From Octopus sinensis (Eukaryota), in contig NW_021827210.1 in assembly GCF_006345805.1 (NCBI RefSeq), positions 1 to 11,179 on the forward strand: DNA of 11,179 bases. Reading direction: 5' to 3'. A model generated the notes under the pieces. That model had not been told where the DNA came from and ran no database searches. It worked only from the letters and a program-made list of their open reading frames with translations. Shown one piece after another: positions 1-8,488 of the stretch; position 1 is the stretch's first letter, and the number at the start of each line of letters is the position of its first letter. Position numbers and translations under genes: made by a program.

Positions 1-5
1 CATAT

Positions 6-36
<31 letters not shown>

Positions 37-116
37 CTGTAGATAGATATATGTATTGATATATGTATGAATATATACATGTATACATATATGTGTGTGT
101 GTGTATACATATTTAT

Positions 117-157
<41 letters not shown>

Positions 158-160
158 TTT
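1..160. repeat. (AT)n / (GT)n-(AC)n compound microsatellite
   Basis: Direct reading: long interrupted TATATA runs with short GTGTGT and ACACAC tracts. Confidence 0.95.
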
Positions 161-299
161 TGGTACACATATACACTTGTGCATGTTTGTATGCACATCT
201 AATTAAGTATATCTAATTAAGTATACCTGTGTATGCGAGTGTGTGTGATTGGCGTCATAGAGCTATGAGATATGCGTTTTGCATTTAAGTATTTTTGAG

Positions 300-492
300 T
301 ATATGTGCATGTATGTCTAAGTACCTGTGTGTGTATATATATCTTTGTGCATGTATGTATGCATGTATGTATGTTTGTATGTATGTATGTATGTATGTTT
401 GTATGTATGTGTGTATGTTTGTATGTATGTGTGTCTGCATGTCTATGTATGTATGTATGTGTGTGTGTGTTTGTGTGTGTGTGTCTATGTGT
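300..492. repeat. (GTAT)n / (GT)n microsatellite
   Basis: Direct reading: gtat/gttt tetramer repeats grading into (gt)n. Explains the low-complexity ORFs 285..536, 295..561 and 305..502. Confidence 0.95.
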
Positions 493-609
493 GAAGACTT
501 AAATTCCAATTTAAAAGACCATTCCGCAGAAGACATGCAACTCTCATTACTTCAACAATAACAAAAAGAAACAAAGAAATATCCCGGAGATTTCTTGGAA
601 CGCAATGAC

Positions 610-791
610 GTGAGTGGTTCCATGGAATGGCCAAATATCCATAGAATGGTGTGATTGGATAAAATAGAAGGATGCGATTGAAATCAATGGACAGGTTGGA
701 GTGGATCTATGGAATGCTGTGATTGGTTGGAATGGAATGGCATGATTGGTTCTGAGAAATGGTGTAACCATCTCATTGGAATACTGGGATT
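610..791 (+). repeat. Diverged 22-bp GGAAT-type minisatellite, left flank
   Basis: Degenerate ggatctatggaatggtgtgatt-like monomers, e.g. 643-660, 703-729 and 792 onward. Confidence 0.75.
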
Positions 792-3552
792 GGATCTATG
801 GAATGGTGTGATAAGATCCTTGGAATGGAATGAGTGGATCTATAGAATGATGAGATTCGATCTATGAAATGTGTGAGTGGATGTATGGAAAGGTGAAATT
901 AGGAGTTTAGAATGGTGAATTTATCCGCAGAATGGTATTACTGTGTATTATGTTCCTTCTTGAGTAATGCCAGGGCGTAGAAATTCCCCACCTGGACGGG
1001 ACACCAGTCCATCACAGCGTTACTCATTTTTGCCAGCTGAGTGGACTGGAGCAATGTGGAATGAAGTGTTTTGCTCAAGAACACAACGCATCGCCCGGAT
1101 CTATGGAATGGTGTGATAAGATCTTGGAATGGAATGAGTGGATCTATAGAATGGTGAGATTCGATCTATGAAATGTGTGAGGGATGTAGGAGGTATGGAA
1201 AGGTGAAATTAGGAGTTTAGAATGGTGAATTTATCCGCAGAATGGTATTACTGTGTATTATGTTCCTTCTCGAGTAATGCCAGGGCGTAGAAATTCCCCA
1301 CCTGGACGGGACACCAGTCCATCACAGCGTTACTCATTTTTGCCAGCTGAGTGGACTGGAGCAATGTGGAATGAAGTGTTTTGCTCAAGAACACAACGCA
1401 TCGCCCGGATCTATGGAATGGTGTGATAAGATCCTTGGAATGGAATGAGTGGTTCTATAGAATGGTGAGATTCGATCTATGAAATGTGTGAGTGGGTGTA
1501 TAGAAAGGTGAAATTAGGAGTTTAGAATGGTGAATTTATCCGCAAATGGTATTACTGTGATTATGTTCCTTCTCGAGTAATGCCAGGGCGTAGAGAAATC
1601 CCCACCTGGACGGGACACCAGTCCATCACAGCGTTACTCATTTTTGCCAGCTGAGTGACTGGAGCAATGTGGAATGAAGTGTTTTGCTCAAGAACACAAC
1701 GCATCGCCCGGATCTCTATGGAATGTGTGATAAGATCTTGGAATGGAATGAGTGGATCTATAGAATGGTGAGATTCGATCTATGAAATGTGTGAGTGGAT
1801 GTATGGAAAGGTGAAATTAGGAGTTTAGAATGGTGAATTTATCCGCAGAATGGTATTACTGTGTATTATGTTCCTTCTCGAGTAATGCCAGGGGCGTAGA
1901 GAAATTCCCCAACTGGACGGGACACACAGTCCATCACAGCGTTACTCATTTTTGCCAGCTGAGTGGACTGGAGCAATGTGGAATGAAGTGTTTTGCTCAA
2001 GAACACAACGCATCGCCCGGATCTATGGAATGGTGTGATAAGATCCTTGGAATGGAATGAGTGGTTCTATAGAATGGTGAGATTCGATCTATGAAATGTG
2101 TGAGTGGATGTATGGAAAGGTGAAATTAGGAGTTTAGAATGGTGAATTTATCCGCAGAACGGTATTACTGTGTATTATGTTCCTTCTCGAGTAATGCCAG
2201 GGCGTAGAAATTCCCCACCTGGACGGGACACCAGTCCATCACAGCGTTACTCATTTTTGCCAGCTGAGTGGACAGGAGCAATGTGAAATCAAGTGTTTTG
2301 CTCAAGAACACAACGCATCGCCCGGATCTATGGAATGGTGTGATAAGATCCTTGGAATGGAATGAGTGGTTCTATAGAATGGTGAGATTCGATCTATGAA
2401 ATGTGTGAGTGGATGGTATGGAAAGGTGTGAGAAATTAGGAGTTTAGAATGGTGAATGTATCCGCAGAATGGTATTACTGTGTATTATGTTCCTTCTCGA
2501 GTAATGCAGGGGGCGTAGAAATTCCCCACCTGGACGGGACACCAGTCCATCACAGCGTTACTAATTTTTGCCAGCTGAGTGGACTGGAGCAATGTGAAAT
2601 CAAGTGTTTTGCTCAAGAAACAACGCATCGCCCGGATCTATGGAATGGTTGTGATAAGATCTTGGAATGGAATGAGTGGATCTATAGAATGGTGAGATTC
2701 GATCTATGAATGTGTGAGTGGATGTATGGAAAGGTGAAATTAGGGTTTTTAGAATGGTGAATTTATCCGCAGAATGGTATTACTGTGTATTATGTTCCTT
2801 CTCGAGTAATGCCAGGGGGCGTAGAAATTCCCCACCTGGACGGGACACCAGTCCATCACAGCGTTACTCATTTTTGCCAGCTGAGTGGACTGGAGCAATG
2901 TGGAATGAAGTGTTTTGCTCAAGAACACAACGCATCGCCCGGATCTGTGGAATGGTGTGATAAGATCCTTGGAATGGAATGAGTGGATCTATAGAATGGT
3001 GAGATTCGATCTATGAAATGTGTGAGTGGATGTATGGAAAGGTGAAATTAGGAGTTTAGAATGGTGAATTTATCCGCAGAATGGTATTACTGTGTATTAT
3101 GTTCCTTCTCGAGTAATGCCAGGCGTAGAGAAATTCCCCACCTGGACGGGACACAGTCCATCACAGCGTTACTCATTTTTGCCAGTGAGTGGACTGGAGC
3201 AATGTGGAATGAAGTGTTTTGCTCAAGAACACAACGCATCGCCGGATCTATGGAATGGTGTGATAAGATCCTTGGAATGGAATGAGTGGTTCTATAGAAT
3301 GGTGAGATTCGATCTATGAAATGTGTGAGTGGGTGTATAGAAAGGTGAAATTAGGAGTTTAGAATGGTGAATTTATCCGCAGAATGGTATTACTGTGTAT
3401 TATGTTCCTTCTCGAGTAATGCCAGGGGGCGTAGAAATTCCCCACCTGGACGGGACACCAGTCCATCACATCGTTACTCATTTTTGCCAGCTGAGTGGAC
3501 TGGAGCAATGTGAAATCAAGTGTTTTGCTCAAGAACACAACGCATCGCCCGG
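792..3552 (+). repeat. Composite tandem array, about 306 bp x 9 (about 150 bp satellite + TSD copy + about 155 bp headless SINE body in minus orientation)
   Basis: The junction GG of ...gcatcgcccGGatctatggaatgg lies at 1097, 1407, 1710, 2019, 2324, 2634, 2941 and 3244, and the array ends at 3551; spacings are 303-310 bp. The first unit starts at ggatctatggaatgg (792). Confidence 0.95.
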
Positions 3553-3623
3553 TCCAGGAATGGAAACCACAATCTTATGATCATGATGCTGACACCCTAA
3601 CCACTAAGCCATACACATCCACT
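3396..3623 (-). mobile_element. tRNA-derived SINE (family B here), full length, with CORE-like central domain; founder of the 306-bp array
   Basis: Minus strand: A box TGGCTTAGTGG (3601-3611), damaged B box GGTTTCCATTCC (3557-3568), then ttgtgttcttgagcaaaacac...cagctggcaaaaatgagt (CORE-like). 14-bp TSD gaatggtatt(a/t)ctg at 3382-3395 and 3625-3638. Confidence 0.85.
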
Positions 3624-4965
3624 GGAATGGTATTTCTGAATCAAAGGAATTTTGGGATTAGAAGTTTTGGGATTAGGTTTGGTTGCATCTATAGAATTGG
3701 AAAATTTGATCAATGGAATGGTGTGATTGGCTCTTAACCCTTTAGCATTTAAACCGGCCATATCCGGCCAAAAGTATTCTGCCTGTTTTATGGTCAGACT
3801 GGCTAGATCTGGTCTCTCACACTAACCCTACAATATCGTTTTAAAAATGACGGGTACCTCATCAAAATCTCATAGACTCAAGATAATGCATGATTAGTTT
3901 AAAACAATTTAGATAAAAAAGGATTAATTTTGGCAGAATAATGTGAATACTAAGGGGTTACAGGTGATAAAATTGGCTGATTGGAATTATGGGAATGGAT
4001 CCATTGGATGGTGTGATAATATCATGGAATGGTGTGAGTAGATCTATGGAATGGTGAGATTTTAAGTTTTGGATTGAATGAGTGGAGAGGCTGGATGTCT
4101 GGAATGGCACAACTGAAGGGAATATAATTTTGGGATTAAAACTATGGAATGTTGCAATGGTCATCTTTTTGTGCTTGTCAAAATAAGGAATGATTTGATT
4201 GAATCTCTAGAATGGTGTGATTTGATCTGTGAAATGGTTTGATTGGATCTATAGAATGGTATGACTGAATTTATGGAATGATTTGACTGGATGTATAAAA
4301 TAGAGTGATTGGATCTATAGAATGGTGTGATTTGATGCATGGAATGACATAACTGGATCTATAGAATTGTTTGAACGGCTCTATGGAATGGTGTGACTGG
4401 ATCTATGGAATGGTGTGAATGTACCTACAGAATGGTGTGATCCATCTACAGAATGGATCATGGAAAGGTGTGAATGAATCTATGGAATGGTGTGAATGGT
4501 TCTGTAGAATGGTGTGGATTGATCTTTGGAATGGTGTGAATGGATCTATGGAATAGTGTGAATGGTTCTGCGGAATGATGTGACTGGATCCATGGAATGG
4601 TGTGATTGGCTCTATGGAATGGTGGGAATGGAGTGATCCATATACAGAATGGATCCATGGATCAGTGTGATTGGCTCTATGGAATGGTGTAAATGCACTT
4701 ACAGAATGGGATGATCCATATACAGAATGGATCTATGGATTGGTGTGGTTGGATCTATGAAATGCTGTGATTAGTTCTGAATGGTGTGATTGGATCAATG
4801 TAATGGTGTGATTGGACCTATGGAAAATGTGAATGGATCTATGGAATGGTGTGAATGGAACTATGGAATGGTGCGAATAGATATATGGAATGGTATGAAT
4901 GGTTGCATGGAAGGGTGTGGTTTGATTTATGTTATCGTGTGGTTAGATCTATAGATTGGTGTGGT
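3624..4965 (+). repeat. Diverged 22-bp GGAAT-type minisatellite, interrupted by the MITE at 3738-3957
   Basis: Recurrent degenerate ggatctatggaatggtgtga(a/t)t monomers, clearest at 4300-4900. Confidence 0.85.
3738..3957. mobile_element. Non-autonomous DNA transposon (MITE), piggyBac-type ends
   Basis: TTAA(3734-3737)-CCCTTTAGCATT ... AATACTAAGGGG-TTAC(3958-3961): 12-bp TIR with 2 mismatches and CCC/GGG termini. Sub-terminal inverted repeat TATTCTGCC (3775-3783) / GGCAGAATA (3932-3940). No ORF. Confidence 0.75.
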
Positions 4966-5346
4966 GGAGGCGCAATGGCCCAGTGGTTAGGGCAGCAGAC
5001 TCGTGGTCGTAGGGTCGCGGTTTCGATTCCCAGACCGGGCGTTGTGAGTGTTTATTGAGCGAAAACACCTAAAGCTCCACGAGGCTCCGGCAGGGGGTGG
5101 TGGTGATCCCTGCTGTACTCTTTCACCACAACTTTCTCTCACTCTTTCTTCCAGTTTCTGTTGTACCTGTATTTAAAAGGGCCGGCCTTGTCACTCTCTG
5201 TGTCACGCTGAATATCCCCGAGAACTACGTTAAGGGTACACGTGTCTGTGGAGTGCTCAGCCACTTACATGTTAATTTCACGAGCAGGCTGTTCCATTGG
5301 TTGGATCAACCGGAACCCTCATCGTCATTACCGATGGAGTGCTTCC
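4966..5346 (+). mobile_element. tRNA-derived SINE (family A here), full length, copy 1
   Basis: A box TGGCCCAGTGG (4976-4986), B box GGTTTCGATTCC (5019-5030); 13-bp TSD agattggtgtg(g/a)t at 4953-4965 and 5347-5359; near-identical second copy at 7084. Confidence 0.92.
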
Positions 5347-5720
5347 AGATTGGTGTGATTGGATCTATGGAATGTTGTTCTTGGATCTTTGGAATGATGT
5401 GAATGGATGTACAGAATGGTGTGAATGGATCTATGGAATAGTGTGATTGGATTTATGTCATGGTATGGTTGGATCTATGGAATGAGGTGATTGGACCTAT
5501 GGAATTATGGAATGGTGTGACTGGATCTACAGAATTGTGTGACTGGATAAATAGAATGATTTGATTGTATCTATAGCATGGTGTAATCTTATGTATGGAA
5601 TGACATAACTGGATCTATGGAATTGTGTGAATGGCTGCATTGAATGGTGTGAATGGGCCTATGGAATGGTGTGAATGGATTTGTGGAATAGTATGATTGG
5701 TCGTATGGAAAGTTGTGATT
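5347..5720 (+). repeat. Diverged 22-bp minisatellite, inner left flank of the core
   Basis: Degenerate monomers that continue after the SINE TSD. Confidence 0.85.
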
Positions 5721-6590
5721 GGATTTATAGAATGATTTGAATGGATCTATAGAATGATGTGAATGGATCTATGGAATGATGTGAATGGATCTATGGAATG
5801 ATGTGAATGGATCTATGGAATGATGTGAATGGATCTATGGAATGATGTGAATGGATCTATGGAATGATGTGAATGTATCTATGGAATGATGTGAATGGAT
5901 CTATGGAATGTTGTGAATGGATCTATAGAATGACGTGAATGGATCTATAGAATGATGTGAATGGATTTATGGAATGACGTGAATGGATCTATGGAATGAC
6001 GTGAATGGATCTATGGAATGACGTGAATGGATCTATGGAATGATGTGAATGGATCTATGGAATCATGTGAATGGATCTATGGAATGATGTGAATGGATCT
6101 AGAGAATGATGTGAATGGATCTATGGAATGATGTGAAGGGATCTATGGAATGATGTGAATGGATCTAGAGAATGATGTGAATGGATCTATGGAATGATGT
6201 GAATGGATCTATAGAATGGTGTGAATGGATTTATGGAATGATGTGAATGGATCTAGAGAATGATGTGAATGGATCTATGGAATGATGTGAAGGGATCTAT
6301 GGAATGATGTGAATGGATCTAGAGAATGATGTGAATGGATCTATGGAATGATGTGAATGGATCTATAGAATGGTGTGAATGGATTATGGAATGATGTGAA
6401 TGGATCTATGGAATGGTGTGAATGGATCTATGGAATGATGTGAATGGATCTATGGAATGATGTGATGGATCTATAGAATGACGTGAATGGACCTATAGAA
6501 TGACGTGAATGGATCTATGGAATGATGTGAATGGATCTATGGAATGATGTGAATGGATCTATGGAATGATGTGAATGGATCTATAGAATG
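5721..6590 (+). repeat. Homogeneous 22-bp minisatellite core (GGATCTATGGAATGATGTGAAT), about 39-40 copies
   Basis: Exact 22-nt periodicity read directly, with few variants (tagag, gaag, acgt, tatag). Confidence 0.97.
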
Positions 6591-7030
6591 GTCTGTCTGG
6601 ATCTATGGAATGGCATGACAGCATCTATGGAGTGATGTGAATGGATCCATGGAAGAGATATATTGAATGGTTTGATTGTATGATGCAATGATTTGATTTG
6701 TTATGTGAAATGGTGAGGCTGGATCTATGGAATGGTTTGATTTGATGATGAAATGATGTGATTAGATCTATAGGAGGGTGTGCTGGGATCTATAAATTTT
6801 CGGGGTTGGATCTATGGATTTTTAGGATTTTCAGGATTGAAAGATGTGATTGGGTGAATGGAATATATTGCATATAGGGAATGATTGCATCTATGGAGTG
6901 ATTTGATGGTGGAATGGTGCAATTTGATCTATAGAATTGTGACTGGAATTATAGAATGGTGTGTATGAATTTGTGGATTGGCGTGATTGGAAATGTGAGA
7001 TTAATTCTTCGTAATAGTGAAATGGAATCA
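6591..7030 (+). repeat. Diverged 22-bp minisatellite, right flank
   Basis: Progressively decaying ggatctat/ggaatg/gtgatt motifs. Confidence 0.75.
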
Positions 7031-7083
7031 ATGCAACGGTGCACCTGCCTCCTTTCTGCTTTGAGGCATTGTAATCTAACGTT

Positions 7084-7465
7084 GAGGCGCAATGGCCCAG
7101 TGGTTAGGGCAGCGGACTCGCGGTCATAGGATCGCGGTTTCGATTCCCAGACCGGGCGTTGTGAGTGTTTATTGAGCGAAAACACCTAAAAGCTCCACGA
7201 GGCTCCGGCAGGGATGGTGGCGATTCCTGCTGTACTTTGTCACCACAACTTTCTCTCACTCTTTCTTCCTGTTTCTGTTGTACCTGTATTTCAAAGGGCC
7301 GGCCTTGTCACTCTCTGTGTCACGCTGAATATCCCCGAAAACTACGTTAAGGGTACATGTGTCTGTGGACTGCTCAGCCACTTACACGTTAATTTCACGA
7401 GCAGGCTGTTCCGTTGATTCGCATCAACCGGAACCCTCGTCGTCGTAACCGACGGAGTGCTTCTA
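7084..7465 (+). mobile_element. tRNA-derived SINE (family A), full length, copy 2
   Basis: A box 7093-7103, B box GGTTTCGATTCC 7136-7147; perfect 14-bp TSD cattgtaatctaac at 7067-7080 and 7466-7479; 3' hairpin at 7436-7457. Confidence 0.92.
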
Positions 7466-7751
7466 CATTGTAATCTAACACGTGTCCATGGTGTTCGATA
7501 GCTTAAAGCAATATCTCAAACGTGTAACCCTGCTAGATTTTGCTAATGGGTTTTCTAGTTTTGTGCCTTCTGATTTCAAATATCTCACTCCCGTTGTTTC
7601 GGGGCTGTGAAAAAAGAATACCAATCAAGGCGGAACCCTACTGAAATCCTTCGAATATCAGATGGAACGGTTGTGTAATCTGCTTCATCTCCTTGCATCC
7701 TGATTTGAAATCTTGCCAAAATTATCTTAACGTTTTATTCTTTTAGTGTTC

Positions 7752-7922
7752 AATATTATTTGTTTCAAATTTTGGCACAACGCCAGAAGTTTCTGACGAT
7801 GCGGCTGGGTTTAATTGGATTAAGTGGATTACATCATCCCCAGTGCTCAAATTGTACTTATTTTATCGACCACGGAAGACAAAGATGACCTCAGTAGAAT
7901 TTGAATTCAGATCACGAAGACA
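7752..7922 (-). mobile_element. SINE family C, old 5'-truncated and degraded copy
   Basis: caaattttggcac, gattacatc, tacttattttatcgacc and gaatttgaattcag align by eye with the C copies at 9426-9832 and with the reverse complement of 10786-10987. Confidence 0.75.
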
Positions 7923-8122
7923 GGCGGTTTGCTGCAACTCATTTTGCCTGAAGCGGGAAGACCAAAAATGGCTTGAAAGTCAGAACATGCCGGCGGGAAA
8001 TAACATCACTTGGTGAGACAAGCTGACACTGAATTGGCTTCGCTGATTGACAGGTGACGGTCGTTTAGAGAATGCGTGGACTAAGACTACGCGCCTTCAC
8101 TAGTCAGTTAAAGCTGAGACAG

Positions 8123-8203
8123 TGTCACGTGACAACTTCCTGGGGCTGCCTGCTGGAGCCTAGCAGCAGGTATTTAAAGGGAAAAAAATTTGACAAGTCA
8201 GTC
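8123..8203 (+). promoter_or_regulatory. Putative Pol II core promoter (CACGTG palindrome, TATA, initiator), probably of a retroelement terminal repeat
   Basis: 12-bp palindrome TGTCACGTGACA (8123-8134), TATTTAAA (8171-8178) and TCAGTC initiator (8198-8203) with its A 29 nt from the TATA start. Motif-based only. Confidence 0.45.
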
Positions 8204-8227
8204 ACCGTCTGACGCTCGTTGACGCTA

Positions 8228-8488
8228 CACCGAAGAGGCCAGGGAACAGAAGAAAGAAGAAGAAAGAAGACATGCACCCAACACCAGAGCTGAAGACACC
8301 TCCGAAAGAGGGGGGCCCTGCCACGTCAAAACGGTAGAGGAGTAGGGGCCGAAACTGAAGCGGCCAGGGAACAGAAGAAAGAAGAAGAAAGAAGGCATGC
8401 ACCCAACACCAGAGCTGTAGACACCTCCGAAAGAGGGGGGCCCTGCCACGTCAAAACGGTAGAGGAGTAGGGGCCGAAACCGGACGTG
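8228..8488 (+). ncRNA. Degenerate minimal type-I hammerhead ribozyme-like motif (Penelope-like element type) with enlarged loop II
   Basis: CAC-C(T)GAAGA-GGCC...GGCC-GAAAC-CGG(A)C-GTG: stem I CAC/GTG, stem II GGCC/GGCC, core CUGANGA and GAAA. Deviations: U4 missing in copy 1, A9 to C in copy 2, and U16.1 to A. Confidence 0.4.
8231..8480 (+). repeat. 125-bp direct tandem duplication (2 copies)
   Basis: 8231-8355 vs 8356-8480 differ at about 4 positions; both carry ggccagggaacagaagaaagaagaag...aggagtaggggccgaaac. Confidence 0.95.

Noticed and set aside
197-224. 14-bp direct duplication atctaattaagtat x2
   Set aside because: It is real but trivial slippage in a low-complexity region.
285-561. 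ORFs of 65-88 aa (Cys/Val/Met- or His/Thr/Ile-rich)
   Set aside because: They are translations of the (GTAT)n/(GT)n microsatellite, with no domain features.
1450-1465. Heat-shock element in ttctatagaa
   Set aside because: TTC and GAA are 4 bp apart, not the 2 bp of nTTCnnGAAn, and there is no third unit.
792-3552. CRISPR-like or retrozyme-like array
   Set aside because: Units are near-identical over their whole length with no unique spacers, and no cas genes are present. I found no CUGANGA/GAAAC hammerhead core in the unit on either strand.
895-3690. Telomere-like TTAGG(G) motifs
   Set aside because: Only isolated ttagga/ttaggt/taggg words occur inside satellite variants; there is no tandem array.
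1830-3737. Repeated ORFs beginning MVNLSAEWYYCVLC or MYYVPSRVMP
   Set aside because: They arise from the 306-bp satellite/antisense-SINE unit. The frame is not conserved between units and there is no recognisable protein motif.
4966-5045. Functional tRNA genes at the SINE heads (also 7084, 8837, 10786, 3623)
   Set aside because: A/B boxes are present, but no clean cloverleaf forms. Each head continues into a 200-300-bp repeated body, several with TSDs, so these are SINEs.
5180-5300. HDV-like ribozyme starting at GGCCGGC in family A
   Set aside because: GGCCGGCC is just a local palindrome. No downstream P1 partner or P3/P1.1 elements were found.
7480-7750. Possible LINE/transposase coding remnant
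   Set aside because: The frames I translated by hand gave short stop-bounded peptides with no RT, endonuclease or transposase motif; left unclassified.
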